DNA from: a virus
Length of the DNA stretch: 64,000 bases
Strand: one strand, 5' to 3'
IMG/VR virus record: IMGVR_UViG_3300045988_161245
Coordinates: 128,001 to 192,000 of that record
Each line of letters starts with the position of its first letter. Position 1 is the stretch's first letter. Position numbers and translations under genes: made by a program. Below, one piece after another: positions 44,861 through 55,995 of the stretch. The notes beneath the pieces were generated by a model. That model did no database searches and was not told the DNA's origin. It was given only the letters and a program-made list of their open reading frames with translations.

Positions 44861-47800
44861 TATACTTTTGCCCCTTTCTTACGCATTTGCTCAAGCCACA
44901 TATTATATGTTTTTATTTTTTCAACAAAAAAATGTTCTTCTCTTTTTCTTCCTAATATTGCAAGACAGCTTCCTTTTTTTATATAGTCAGAATACTCTTT
45001 TAGCTGACTAGACCATATTGTCGCTTCAATAATTCCATATGGAGTATATAAATCAAGATATGCAAACTGATTTCCATTTTTATCTTTTTTCCTTTTGACA
45101 TCAACAATCACACAGAACAAAACTGTTTTGTCGCCATCCATTACAAGGTCCCAATCAATTTTAGTATATTTATAAGCATCTTTTAACGGATCATTAGTTA
45201 AGAACATTGATAAAGTATCAAATTCCCATAGATATTCATCTTTAGCGTATTTTTCTTGAAAATCTTCCATATGCTTTTTATATTTTATGTTTTGTTCTTC
45301 TAAAAACTTTTTCTCTTTTACTTTATTATAGTCATTCAAAAGTTTTTCTTTGTTTACTTTTTTGCCATCTCTATAATCTTCTACGTTTAATCCAAATGGA
45401 ATTAATTTAGAATATGGAGATGGAGTTGTTGTAACAGGTTTGTATTCTTTTCTAACAAACGTGGAACCTGCATATTTTTTCAATGTTGACATCTTATTTT
45501 TAGTTGGAATACCGCCAGCTTTAATAAGGGTGATAATCGCTGTTTTGTCCTGCACTTTTTCGATGAAATCATTTAAATTCTTGTAAGGTCTAAAATCTAT
45601 AATTTTGTCAACAATACTGTCACCAAGACCTTTTACTGCCAATAATCCAAACAAAATTTCATTGTTCTCTGCAATTGCAGTAAATGATTTGTTCGATTTA
45701 TTTACATTTGGTGGAGAAACTTTTATTCCAAGACGTTTGCAATCATTTATTACAATACTAATTTTTTCTACTTTGTCTGATTTTGACGTAAGAAGTGCAG
45801 CCATAAAATAAACTGTGTAGTGAACCTTTAGATATGCCGTAAGATAAGATAACAAACCATATGCCACAGCATGACCACGATTAAAACAATACTCTGATTG
45901 TTTTAGCATTAGCTGCCATATTTCAGATAACTCATTTTCTGTCCAATTTTTCTTTTTCAATCCAGATCTAAAGTCTTTTTCGAGACCAGCCATTTTATCT
46001 TTTAATTTTTTGCTTATTGCGCGCCTCGCATTGTCTATGTCTTCTTCTGGAAATCCTGCATATCTAAACAGTTGAAGAGCTTCTTCTTGGTAAAGTAAAA
46101 CTCCTTGAGTTGTTATAAATAGCGTTTTTAAATCTTCATGTATTGTTTGTGCACTTTCCGGATGCAATTTATTTTGACAGTATATAGGAAAGCTATCTTT
46201 TGTACCAGGTCTATTAGCAGCGTTTACTACGATAATATCCTCTACATTGTCTGCTTTAGCTTCAATACACATTCTCCTTGCTTCTGCAGATTCCATCTGG
46301 AATATGCCAACAGTGTGACCTGGTTTATAAACTTGATCGTAAACATTTTTGTCTGAAAGATTCAAATGGTTGATATCTACATCTTCCCATGTAATTCCTG
46401 CCATATTTAACGTATCGTCAATAATATCAAGTGTTTCAAGTCCAAGGTAATCCATTTTAATCAATCCAAGATCATCCATCGCATTATGCATCTCGAACTC
46501 AATCATAATGTTTCGTTCTTTATCATAACAAAGTGGCGCATAATCTGTTACAGGAGTTGGCGTAATTAAAGTACCAGCAGCGTGTCTTCCCATTGATTTC
46601 GGAAGACCTTCTACATCCATTACATATTTAAACCACAATGGGAATTTGTTATATACATCATCAAGCTTTGGATTTTTACTTAGAATATCTTTTAAAAGAA
46701 CATCTTTTTCCTCTTCCTCTCCAAGATCATTAAGTGTTTTGATTGTTGGAATCATTTTTGCAACATCATCTCTCAATTTATAAGGAATCTGCTTATAGTA
46801 TGGAGAATCTTCTTTTTCATCAAGTACTTTACCAATATCTCTAATTGCAACTTTTGTACTCAAAGAATTGAATGTACAAATTGGAGCAACATTTTCTTTA
46901 CCAAAAAGTTCTTCTGATATTTCAACCATTTCTTTACGTCTACGCTTTGAAATATCCCAATCAAAATCTGCCATAGACTTTCTTCCAAGGTTTGCAAATC
47001 GTGAAAAATCAAGCCCCCATCTTACACTGTCAATCTGTGTGACGTTAAGCATAAATAAACACAAACAATTTGCACCAGACCCACGAGAATATCCTATAGG
47101 AATTTTTCGTCTTCTTGCTTCTTTTGCAAGCATATACAGCATAATAAAATAGTCTGTATAATCAACTGCATATAAAACTGGCAGCTCTGTTTCAAGACGT
47201 TTTTTTCGTTCATCTTGATCCTCTTTTGACATATGACCAAATTTTTCTTTGAATGTTTTAAAAACTAAATATCGTAGATATTCTTCGTGATTTTTATATG
47301 GACCATCAATTTTGACCTTCGGCATAATATTGCCTTTATTTAGCCCAATATCAATATCTTCAATAATAGAAGAAATATTATTACTTTCTTGCAAACCTTT
47401 ATCAATTACAGCTTTTGGGAACTGATAAGATAATTTCTGATATATTTCTAATTCTTTCTGAAGGTAACAATCAATATAACTTTCTCCAACTTCACGTCCT
47501 TCACCAATTTCTACAAACATTGCATGAGAGTCAATTAGAGAATCACTTAACATATGCGCATCTGTTGTAATAGTATATGGAAGATTATGTTCATTGGCGA
47601 AATCAAAGATAAGTTTATTTGCTTCTGCCTGTGCTTCTGTAGTATGTGACTGTAATTCACAAACAACGTAATCAAAAATATCCTTAATGTCCTGGATAAA
47701 TTGTTCTGCCTCTTTATATCTTCCATCAGTCAGATATCTGCTAAGTCTACCGGCTTGGCAAGCAGTTAAGCAAATAATGCCTTTACCAAGATTATTATCT

Positions 47801-48177
47801 TTGATATATTTCATATCAATTCTTGGTTTTTTATATAATCCTTCTGTTCTCGATACCGATGTTATCTTTAGTAAATTCTTATAGCCTTGCTGTGTTCTGG
47901 CAAGAAGTACCATATGGTAACGTGGCTGCTTATAATCTTTTGTATCAGCTTTCCATGTCATATCATCTACTTCGTATATTTCGTTTCCGATTATTGGCTT
48001 TATTCCTTGCTTTTTGCACTCTTTTACAAAGTTTACAATGTTTGACATTGAACCATGATCTGTTATAGCCATCGCTTTCATTCCATTATCTTTTGCAAAT
48101 TTTACTGCTTCTGGTACTTTTAAAATGGAATCAAGTAATGATCCTTGCGCAGTGTGCATATGTAACGAACTGTACAT
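44860..48177 (-). CDS. dnaE: DNA polymerase III alpha subunit (DnaE-type) with PHP domain
   Basis: N-terminal PHP LHMHTAQGSLLDS...AITDHGSM. The central region has GRHAAG, DFD... and LGLIKMDYLGLETL. Confidence 0.85.
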   Translation of the reverse strand: MYSSLHMHTAQGSLLDSILKVPEAVKFAKDNGMKAMAITDHGSMSNIVNFVKECKKQGIKPIIGNEIYEVDDMTWKADTKDYKQPRYHMVLLARTQQGYKNLLKITSVSRTEGLYKKPRIDMKYIKDNNLGKGIICLTACQAGRLSRYLTDGRYKEAEQFIQDIKDIFDYVVCELQSHTTEAQAEANKLIFDFANEHNLPYTITTDAHMLSDSLIDSHAMFVEIGEGREVGESYIDCYLQKELEIYQKLSYQFPKAVIDKGLQESNNISSIIEDIDIGLNKGNIMPKVKIDGPYKNHEEYLRYLVFKTFKEKFGHMSKEDQDERKKRLETELPVLYAVDYTDYFIMLYMLAKEARRRKIPIGYSRGSGANCLCLFMLNVTQIDSVRWGLDFSRFANLGRKSMADFDWDISKRRRKEMVEISEELFGKENVAPICTFNSLSTKVAIRDIGKVLDEKEDSPYYKQIPYKLRDDVAKMIPTIKTLNDLGEEEEKDVLLKDILSKNPKLDDVYNKFPLWFKYVMDVEGLPKSMGRHAAGTLITPTPVTDYAPLCYDKERNIMIEFEMHNAMDDLGLIKMDYLGLETLDIIDDTLNMAGITWEDVDINHLNLSDKNVYDQVYKPGHTVGIFQMESAEARRMCIEAKADNVEDIIVVNAANRPGTKDSFPIYCQNKLHPESAQTIHEDLKTLFITTQGVLLYQEEALQLFRYAGFPEEDIDNARRAISKKLKDKMAGLEKDFRSGLKKKNWTENELSEIWQLMLKQSEYCFNRGHAVAYGLLSYLTAYLKVHYTVYFMAALLTSKSDKVEKISIVINDCKRLGIKVSPPNVNKSNKSFTAIAENNEILFGLLAVKGLGDSIVDKIIDFRPYKNLNDFIEKVQDKTAIITLIKAGGIPTKNKMSTLKKYAGSTFVRKEYKPVTTTPSPYSKLIPFGLNVEDYRDGKKVNKEKLLNDYNKVKEKKFLEEQNIKYKKHMEDFQEKYAKDEYLWEFDTLSMFLTNDPLKDAYKYTKIDWDLVMDGDKTVLFCVIVDVKRKKDKNGNQFAYLDLYTPYGIIEATIWSSQLKEYSDYIKKGSCLAILGRKREEHFFVEKIKTYNMWLEQMRKKGAKV

Positions 48178-48181
48178 CTAG

Positions 48182-50014
48182 TCACCAACTTTCATCTTCG
48201 TATTCATCGTTATCTTCTATATCTTCGAAAGAAGTACTTAAAACATCTACGTCATCAATAACAAACTGTAATGTTTTAATTCCTTGATACTCACTAATGC
48301 ATGGATTTCCAACAATATTGATTTTTGCAACATTATCAAATGAATTTTTGAGCCAATCCATAACAGAATTATCATCTTTACATTTAAACTGTACAAACTT
48401 AATCTCACCAATTTTAAAGCAATAAGAATCTTCATTCTTGCCCTGAATGGTAATATCGTCTCTATTTACTTCAATATCTGTAATAGCAATCATTGGTTCT
48501 TCAATGCCTTGTCCAATCAAGTCTGTAAATTTTGTCATCTCATAAATGATGCTTTCATTTACATCGTACTCTGGAATGATAAAATCACATAAATAGACTT
48601 TAGTGAAATCTTCATCTTTTAATTTATCATTGAATATTTCTTTTGCTTTTTCTACGTTATCAACTGGGATTTCAATACCGAATGCAGATTTGTGCCCCTG
48701 GGCAAAATTGAATTGATTGTTAGACTCTACAAGATCTCTGAAACTTTCAATAGGACTATGGTTTATATTTCGTCCACTACCACCAAATACAATGGTATTT
48801 GTTTTATAATCATAATGTTTCTTTAATAATAAACACGGTCTGTTGTACTTCTCAGCTACTTTGATTGCACATACTCCTGTCATTCCACCATCAAGAAGTT
48901 CTGATACATCACACATGATTACTTTATCATTAGGATTTTCTCCAATCTGATCAAATATCATCTGTACACTTTTTTCACGGCTCTTATCCTGTCTTGCTTT
49001 TGCATTCTTTGCAAGTCGTGCAGCTCTATCATAAATACTTTCCTGGATAACCTCTGCAGGTTTATCTTTTGTTGCACGTTTCTTATACTCGAACCAAGCA
49101 TCTTGTTCGATAAATGCTTTAAACATAAGTTCTTTTTCTTCCGGTGAACCGAACCTCGTACAGCCGTTCAAAATTGGTGTCACGTAAAATTGGACATTAT
49201 GTATATTCACCACTCCACCCATACTATATTCCTGAGCATTTATAAGTGCTTGAAAGAATTTGTTACTGATGTTGTGCAATCCAACCTCTACGAGATATTT
49301 TGTTTCAGGTGAACGCATGTCCATTACATCTGAAATATTTGCTAAAGCAACCAAATCTAAAAAGTCATCTGCATATTCACACCATAAAAAATCATCTAAT
49401 GCTTTTAAGAATTTATATACAATCCCAGCTCCACATAAGCTTTTATTTGTATAAAACTCACTCATCTGATTATTTACGATTAATGCATATGGATTGTCTA
49501 TTAAGTTTCCTTCTTTATCTTTTGCTTGTTCGTGATGATCTAAAATAAGAACATCAACTCCACGATCTTTCAATATTTTGCATGCTTCTACATCATTTGT
49601 TCCTGCATCCGGAACAATCAGCAATTTTGTATCTTTATCAACAATTACATCATCATCTAATCCCTCAAGACCATGTGTTTTTGTTCTCTTGTGAAGGATA
49701 TATCCAACAGGATAATCCTTATTTAATCTTTTAATATACGAATACTTCATTGCTGCACAACAATTTCCATCTACATCTTCGTCTATAAGAATCTGTATTT
49801 TATCGTTATTATCAAAATGGCTTAAAAATAATTCAACAGCTTCACCGATATTATCAAGTAATCCATAATCAAGCTCTGCAGAGTGATCTAATGATAAATA
49901 CTCTTTTGGATTCTCAATATCTCTATTTTTCAGAAAATCAATCTGAATATTCTTTAAGTCATTATATTTATTTTCCGAATTTTTATATAACTTAAACTTC
50001 AACTTTCCAATCAC
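48182..50014 (-). CDS. DHH-family phosphoesterase, RecJ-like exonuclease
   Basis: The motifs IDEDVDGNC, VPDAGTND, LILDHHE and GGSGRN...GHKSAFG are present. Confidence 0.7.
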   Translation of the reverse strand: MIGKLKFKLYKNSENKYNDLKNIQIDFLKNRDIENPKEYLSLDHSAELDYGLLDNIGEAVELFLSHFDNNDKIQILIDEDVDGNCCAAMKYSYIKRLNKDYPVGYILHKRTKTHGLEGLDDDVIVDKDTKLLIVPDAGTNDVEACKILKDRGVDVLILDHHEQAKDKEGNLIDNPYALIVNNQMSEFYTNKSLCGAGIVYKFLKALDDFLWCEYADDFLDLVALANISDVMDMRSPETKYLVEVGLHNISNKFFQALINAQEYSMGGVVNIHNVQFYVTPILNGCTRFGSPEEKELMFKAFIEQDAWFEYKKRATKDKPAEVIQESIYDRAARLAKNAKARQDKSREKSVQMIFDQIGENPNDKVIMCDVSELLDGGMTGVCAIKVAEKYNRPCLLLKKHYDYKTNTIVFGGSGRNINHSPIESFRDLVESNNQFNFAQGHKSAFGIEIPVDNVEKAKEIFNDKLKDEDFTKVYLCDFIIPEYDVNESIIYEMTKFTDLIGQGIEEPMIAITDIEVNRDDITIQGKNEDSYCFKIGEIKFVQFKCKDDNSVMDWLKNSFDNVAKINIVGNPCISEYQGIKTLQFVIDDVDVLSTSFEDIEDNDEYEDESW

Positions 50015-51048
50015 ATCCTATCTGTTAACGGATATACATTATTTTCCAATAAGTATTCCCATCTATCTTTATTATCCGATGGAGATTCTTTCTCACCTGT
50101 TAGCTGATTGTCTTTATCGAACATATAATACGCTGGAATACCATCTGGTAATCTATCCGAAATTCTCAGTATATCATCCAAAACAACATCTTTATCAAAA
50201 CAAAATACAATCTTAACGCCAAGTCTAATCAGCATATCTAACTGATGTCTTGAAATATTCTTTCCTCCTGTAGATACTGCATTTTTATATCCATAGGACC
50301 ATAGCTGCATTACACCTTTTTCTGATTCAACAACATATACGACTCCTAACCTTTTTATATATGGAAGCGTTTTATTCAATCCGAATAGAATTTTTGATTT
50401 TGCACATTTCTCTAAATACAAATATTTACATTCAGATTCATCAACCTCTTTTTGAAATAATCGACCCTTCACTCCGACTAAATCGCCAATTTCTGAATAT
50501 ATTGGTATTGTTATTCTATTTGTTTCGGTATCATAGCCAATCTGAAATTCTTTCTGGGTTGAATAACTAATCCCATCTTCATAAAATAAGTCATTCACGT
50601 AAGGTTTATAGTAGTCAAGTATTTCAACAGGTATTGGTTTTAATGGAACTTCTTTCTCATCAGTTTGCTCTGTAGACATTTCATTAACTAATTTCAATAT
50701 CTTTAAACTCTCAGGTATATCTGATTCAAAGTCATGATAATAAGAAATTCCAACCTCTTGACATATAAATTTCAGTCCTTCAGGAAATGATAGTTTTTCA
50801 CAAAAGCAAACTAAATCAATAATATCAGTAGCTCTGTCAGTTTCAACCATTTGTCTCGTATAGTTTGTACATGATAAATTTTCCGTATTATATATTACGA
50901 TTGCACCGGTATTATCACCGTCTGGATTTCCGCAGGTCCAATAATCTCCATGAAATTTAATATGATGGCAGTGAATCGCATCAAGAATCTGTTCCACATA
51001 ATTATTTTCTAATATATATTCTTTTAATTCTCTAGCATCCACTGCCAA
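50011..51048 (-). CDS. dnaG: DNA primase (zinc-binding N-terminus + TOPRIM)
   Basis: The TOPRIM motifs are VVESEKGVMQLWSYG and IVFCFDKD. The N-terminus is Cys/His-rich (HCHHIKFHGDYWTCGNPDGD). Confidence 0.7.
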   Translation of the reverse strand: MAVDARELKEYILENNYVEQILDAIHCHHIKFHGDYWTCGNPDGDNTGAIVIYNTENLSCTNYTRQMVETDRATDIIDLVCFCEKLSFPEGLKFICQEVGISYYHDFESDIPESLKILKLVNEMSTEQTDEKEVPLKPIPVEILDYYKPYVNDLFYEDGISYSTQKEFQIGYDTETNRITIPIYSEIGDLVGVKGRLFQKEVDESECKYLYLEKCAKSKILFGLNKTLPYIKRLGVVYVVESEKGVMQLWSYGYKNAVSTGGKNISRHQLDMLIRLGVKIVFCFDKDVVLDDILRISDRLPDGIPAYYMFDKDNQLTGEKESPSDNKDRWEYLLENNVYPLTDRM

Positions 51049-51060
51049 TCACCTCACTAA

Positions 51061-52596
51061 TTATTTTTGTCTTTGTATTAACTGCCCAATATTTATCCAA
51101 GTATTGTAATCAAGATTAATTTCGAATAACATAATCTTGTCCTTACTTCCAGCTCTGTTTTTATCAATTTTAATTGCAAAATATTGCTTACCTAAATCCA
51201 GGTCAGATATTGTAGGATCACCCCATCCAGGAGTATCACATATCATCTGATATTTGTGGTATTCACTCTTTTCAATCATCTTTCCAAGAGTAAGAGTGTC
51301 AGTAACATGTTTAATACCTTTACTAGATGCAATATTCATTGAGCTTAATTGGAACACATCTGTAAACTTACTATCATCAGATAACTGGAACACTGCAAAG
51401 CCAAACATTTTAAGTTCTTTGGTAATCTCCTTAAGCTTAGTTGCAATCTGCTTTAACTGTGCCCAGTCTTCTACTTGATAGTTCTTCAATGTATCATAAC
51501 CATAATAGGTTACTTCATTTACAAGCTTCGCCTTACGTAATTCAAATTCAATACGTTCCATAGAGTAATCGTCCTGGACATCTTTGTACAAAAGCTTACC
51601 TTTTGTATTCTCATCAATCCATTCTCCTACTTGAACGATTTTATGATACTCATCTGAATCACGTTCAACCCTTTCTATATACTCTTCTTCTGATTCTGTA
51701 TAGATACCATTCTCATCTATATGCCTACGAATTATCTCACCGTTTCTATCTCTGTACGCGCCCAAAACAATCTCACGTTCTGGCTTCTTAATCTTAATAC
51801 CATGCAGTTCTTGATACTCTTTATTATTGATTACAGTAACAATCATACAGTTTTTAAGGTCATCTTCATCCATCTCGTTGGACATAAGAAGAAAGTTTTT
51901 ATGCTGTACCAAAGTTACATAAGCTGCTAATGCAATAAGCTTTCGAGATTTACCACCATTTGAGATAAAGCCCTCAAAGTGCGTTTTACCCTCTCGCATC
52001 CCAAGAAAGAATTCATTGTACATTGGCCAGGGATATGGAAGACCAAAGTTTGGTTTCTTCAGATATCTTTTAATCTGATCAGCATTACCTTTTGTAAGCT
52101 CTACAGCTTCCTCTCCTGCATTAATTACAGTATGAATTTTATCTGCTTTTGCTCTGATAACCCTGTAAATATCGTTAGCTGTCATCTTATCAAAATTCTT
52201 ATGAGCAAGAATTTTATCGACAGGATAACCGTTTCTTCCGTATTCCCTAACAAGCGAGTATTTCTTTACTGTATCAAAATAATTCTTAATGTCATTCGTA
52301 TCTGCCAAGCGCATAAATTCACTAATTGTCTTCCAACCGTGATATTTCTTATAATTACTCATTCGCTCGGCATCCTGTGACATAAATACATTTAGTTTTG
52401 TTTCATCAACTGTTTGGGAAAATTTAAGATAGTAAGTTTCAAGACATTTATAAAAGAAATAGACTACTTCATCAGAAAAGTCATATTGGGGTCGCATAAA
52501 ATTGCCATATGTAACATACAAGTCCGGAGATTTGTATAATGATCCAACAAACATGATTTCAGATTGTACATTACATACATTATTAATTTCTTCCAT
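51061..52596 (-). CDS. dnaB: DnaB-like replicative helicase
   Basis: I prefer the ATG at 52596 (MEEINNV), which has AAGGAATGG upstream. The N-terminus NVQSEIMFVGSLYKSPDL is DnaB-N-like. The RecA-like core has NGGKSRKLIALAAY and LLMSNEMDEDDL. Confidence 0.65.
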   Translation of the reverse strand: MEEINNVCNVQSEIMFVGSLYKSPDLYVTYGNFMRPQYDFSDEVVYFFYKCLETYYLKFSQTVDETKLNVFMSQDAERMSNYKKYHGWKTISEFMRLADTNDIKNYFDTVKKYSLVREYGRNGYPVDKILAHKNFDKMTANDIYRVIRAKADKIHTVINAGEEAVELTKGNADQIKRYLKKPNFGLPYPWPMYNEFFLGMREGKTHFEGFISNGGKSRKLIALAAYVTLVQHKNFLLMSNEMDEDDLKNCMIVTVINNKEYQELHGIKIKKPEREIVLGAYRDRNGEIIRRHIDENGIYTESEEEYIERVERDSDEYHKIVQVGEWIDENTKGKLLYKDVQDDYSMERIEFELRKAKLVNEVTYYGYDTLKNYQVEDWAQLKQIATKLKEITKELKMFGFAVFQLSDDSKFTDVFQLSSMNIASSKGIKHVTDTLTLGKMIEKSEYHKYQMICDTPGWGDPTISDLDLGKQYFAIKIDKNRAGSKDKIMLFEINLDYNTWINIGQLIQRQK

Positions 52597-52606
52597 CTGC
52601 CATTCC

Positions 52607-53449
52607 TTATCCAAAAATATCAATTAGTAAATCGTCCAAGGAGTCATCACTATTATTATTTGTTTCAACTGTTTTTGGCTGTGGAGCAGTTGTTAATATT
52701 AATTTTTCATCAGTTTTATCTGATTGAGCTTCTGCCTCTAAGATTTTTTGTTTTTCAAGGAATTTTAAGTAAGAATCATATTTGTTATATAAGACTTTTA
52801 AATCATATTTAACTCTTAATACGCCTATTATCTCTTTACCTTTAGCAATATTCTGTGCATTGATTTTATCCAGATAAGATTGTTTACGCACAAACATGTC
52901 ATATAAATGCTTTGGTGGGATTTTAACACCATATCTACCATCATATAGTGCTGCTATAGAATCCCATGGGACTGTCTGAATATCATACTGTTTTCGGATA
53001 TAATCATTAACAAGCTTTTCATCAAAGATTCTATCTACCTCTTTGACAGCTGCTATCTCATATTCATTTAACTTTGTAATATCCTTTTTTCTTCCATTAA
53101 AAACACCTACAATCTTTACATACGCATCCTCTTTGTACTCTGGAATATTTTCCACAAATATTGGTTTGTCTGAATATTTCTTTTTAAAACAATCTTCATG
53201 CCAATACTTATTTTTAAATACAAGAATACCTTCCTGATCTGCATCCTCGATGATAATATCTTTTGAGCAGCCACCACATTTTCTGTGGAATCCTGCAGAT
53301 TCTTTAAAACACTTTTCGTGATAGAAAAGTCCATCAAAGAATACTACATTTTCCACAGATTTATTTCTTTCAAAATGGATGTGGCGTTGGCAACAATGGC
53401 AAACTCTATCAAATTCATTAACTAAATTATCATTCTTTGCTCGTGCCAT
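52607..53449 (-). CDS. double zinc-finger (LIM-like CxxC...HxxC x2) protein
   Basis: CHCC-x23-HEKCF and CGGC-x22-HEDCF, each ending in the (Y/W)HxxCF hallmark. Confidence 0.5.
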   Translation of the reverse strand: MARAKNDNLVNEFDRVCHCCQRHIHFERNKSVENVVFFDGLFYHEKCFKESAGFHRKCGGCSKDIIIEDADQEGILVFKNKYWHEDCFKKKYSDKPIFVENIPEYKEDAYVKIVGVFNGRKKDITKLNEYEIAAVKEVDRIFDEKLVNDYIRKQYDIQTVPWDSIAALYDGRYGVKIPPKHLYDMFVRKQSYLDKINAQNIAKGKEIIGVLRVKYDLKVLYNKYDSYLKFLEKQKILEAEAQSDKTDEKLILTTAPQPKTVETNNNSDDSLDDLLIDIFG

Positions 53450-53460
53450 AATTTATCCAA

Positions 53461-54633
53461 TCAGTTTTTCATCGTCTCAATAACTTCCTGTAATACAGAA
53501 ATATCATTTACATTCTTGTATGCAGTTGGTAAACCTTTTGCTTCAAGTTTTTCTTTAAGGGATTTCTTCTCGACTGGAGAAAGAGAATTTTTAATAGATA
53601 CGATTTCTTTTCGAAGATCGTCTGGCGTTGGAGATGTTGAAGTGGATGCATCGGATGATGTTGTATCCTCTGTAACAGGATCGCCAACCTTACCAAGCAC
53701 CTCTTTAGCATACAGGTCCTGCTCAACTTCGACTGCTTTAGTTAAGTCGTTCTTGAGAATAAAATCTTCTTTACCTTTATTTTTATCAAGTGCTGCTTGC
53801 CAATCAAGTAATGATGGGTCTTCTACAATTTCACCAGATCCATGCACTCCTGTACGGTCTTTCTGAATCTCAGCACAAATCTGTCCGGTTTCTTTGTCAA
53901 AGAAAGTGCGGATTACTGTGTTAGCATTGTACTCAAGACCTTTAAATCCATCAATAATTTTCTTACCTGTTGCTACAGACTGGAACTGTCCATCATCTGT
54001 TTTGATGTTTTTTGTTTCGTCTTTTTCTCTGGCTGTTGTAATACAGTGAACTCCAGATGACATAAGATCGAGAATAAGGTCTTGTCCTTTAAACTTTATT
54101 ACATTAAAATCTTTTATTTCAAGTCCGGCACCTTCAATCTTAACAAGTCGCTCATCTCCAAGCAATCCAGCTTTATCGGCCTTTACTTTATTGCGCTTCT
54201 TAGAAAACTCAACTAATCCAGACTGTGTTGTTAAATTAAGAATTGTTGTGCCATCTACTACAATTGCATCAGCTCTAAATGGTTTTCCATCTGCATCTGT
54301 AACAATATCATCTGTTTCATTTCCTTCATCATCAAGTTCATAAAGATCTTCGTTATTTTTCACTTTTGCAATATACTGTCTGACTTCTGTAAGTGACTGA
54401 GTGTAAAGAATATAAATGTTATCAAGATTAACACCAGCCGCTTCCATTCTGTCTAAGTAACTATCAAGTCCACCTGACTCAGCGTCAATGTATAAAACTC
54501 TAAATGGAGTGCCATCTTCTCTTTTGAAAAATGCAATCTGTGATGCTAATGTTGTCTTACCTGTGAAAGTATCTCCGTAAATAATCATGTTAAGTTTTGT
54601 TTTTGCCTGTTTTGCTTTTCTTCCTTTTGCCAT
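53461..54633 (-). CDS. RecA-fold ATPase (AAA_24 / Sak4-like recombination or replication accessory protein)
   Basis: Walker A MIIYGDTFTGKTTLA. Lies in the phage replication-module context. Has a Ser/Thr-rich C-terminal extension. Confidence 0.6.
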   Translation of the reverse strand: MAKGRKAKQAKTKLNMIIYGDTFTGKTTLASQIAFFKREDGTPFRVLYIDAESGGLDSYLDRMEAAGVNLDNIYILYTQSLTEVRQYIAKVKNNEDLYELDDEGNETDDIVTDADGKPFRADAIVVDGTTILNLTTQSGLVEFSKKRNKVKADKAGLLGDERLVKIEGAGLEIKDFNVIKFKGQDLILDLMSSGVHCITTAREKDETKNIKTDDGQFQSVATGKKIIDGFKGLEYNANTVIRTFFDKETGQICAEIQKDRTGVHGSGEIVEDPSLLDWQAALDKNKGKEDFILKNDLTKAVEVEQDLYAKEVLGKVGDPVTEDTTSSDASTSTSPTPDDLRKEIVSIKNSLSPVEKKSLKEKLEAKGLPTAYKNVNDISVLQEVIETMKN

Positions 54634-54714
54634 TTAATTATGCTCCTTATATATAAATTGATTTGTTATATTTCTCAAATGTTGGGAGGAAATTTAATTC
54701 CTCCCAGTGGTCAA

Positions 54715-55812
54715 TTACCACTCTTCATCCTCTTCGTCAGCTTCTCCGAGACTACTATCTCCCCATCCACTATCGTCAGAATCGCTACCATAGCTTTCCT
54801 CGGCTTTATTAGCGTTTCTAATCTTCTGCATTGCTTCTTCGATAGCTTCCTTAGAGTACAGGTCTTTTTCAATGGTAGTCGGGTCAGCACCAGTCACAAT
54901 GTACTCACGTTTAACAGGGGTAGAAACTTTCTCCATTTCGTCCTCTTCTCCCCATCCATCATCTACAGCAACTTCTTCTACCTGAACGGAAGCCTGTACA
55001 TGACCGGATACTTTAAGTGCCCAATATGGTTTCACTTTCTTCCTAAACGTCATTGCAAGTTTTTTCTGCTTCTCATCAACAGGGTCAAGAATAAACTCAA
55101 CGTCCTCAATATTGGAATAAGTTACAACCTTTCCGGAGATAACATATCTTCCTGTTTCTTTATCGTCTTCAACTTCTTTCTCAATTCCCATAAAGACAAT
55201 TACCTGGTTGAAGTTGTTTTGAGCTTTAAATTTTTCATTATCAAATTCACATGGGGCACAAAGAGAAATCTGAGATGGTTCCATAGATTTGTATCGTTTG
55301 ATGTTACCTTTATCATCACGATTGCTGCGGTAAGAAATGCTACCTTTTACAAAAACGCTTTCTCCGTCTTTAAGATTATTACGAATCTCGGCACAAGCAT
55401 CATAATCGGTAAGTACTTTTTTATCATTTACCTGTTCACCTTTTTCATTGGTTACTTTAGTAAGTCCAAGATTTTTACCAATAAGTCTAAATCCTTCATT
55501 CTTCGGATCTTCCGCAAATTTAAATCTGTTTGCCCAGGATACCGGCTGTGATGTTCCTTTTTTACCTTTTTCTTCTGGCTTTTTATAGAAGTAAACTTTC
55601 TCCTGCTCAATTCCAGTAAATCCGATATATAAATCTCGACCTTCATCATATTCAAGACCGAAGTTTACGATTCGCATTTCCTTACCAGTTCGTGTCTGCT
55701 TTTCAGTGTAGAAATTATCTTTCTTAGTTCCCTTAACTACACCTTTGATCATAAAATTACCTTTTGTTTCTGGGAGATTAAATAATCTCTGTTTTTTAGT
55801 ATTGTTCTCCAA
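54715..55812 (-). CDS. putative single-stranded DNA-binding protein
   Basis: Lies in the replication-module context. The extremely acidic C-terminal tail ends in an aromatic residue (...GEADEEDEEW), as in T7 gp2.5 and bacterial SSB tails. OB-fold not verified. Confidence 0.4.
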   Translation of the reverse strand: MENNTKKQRLFNLPETKGNFMIKGVVKGTKKDNFYTEKQTRTGKEMRIVNFGLEYDEGRDLYIGFTGIEQEKVYFYKKPEEKGKKGTSQPVSWANRFKFAEDPKNEGFRLIGKNLGLTKVTNEKGEQVNDKKVLTDYDACAEIRNNLKDGESVFVKGSISYRSNRDDKGNIKRYKSMEPSQISLCAPCEFDNEKFKAQNNFNQVIVFMGIEKEVEDDKETGRYVISGKVVTYSNIEDVEFILDPVDEKQKKLAMTFRKKVKPYWALKVSGHVQASVQVEEVAVDDGWGEEDEMEKVSTPVKREYIVTGADPTTIEKDLYSKEAIEEAMQKIRNANKAEESYGSDSDDSGWGDSSLGEADEEDEEW

Positions 55813-55995
55813 TTTAAGAACCTCCTTTGAAATATATATAAATTTTTTAATTGTAACCTGTATCTAAACCTAGTAAGTCACTAGGATAATAAAAGGGAAA
55901 TTTATAAGATAAACAGCCCAGTGGCTGAAAATCGAACCATATAAAATTGAATTTTTATTTTGGAAATGTTGGTGAAGAAAATCACCAGTTAGAAA

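Noticed and set aside
54640-55551. A 303-aa plus-strand ORF.
   Set aside because: It lies entirely antisense to the SSB-like gene. The translation is low-complexity and F/L/I/S-rich, typical of the reverse frame of an AT-rich gene, and there is no RBS. I treat it as spurious.
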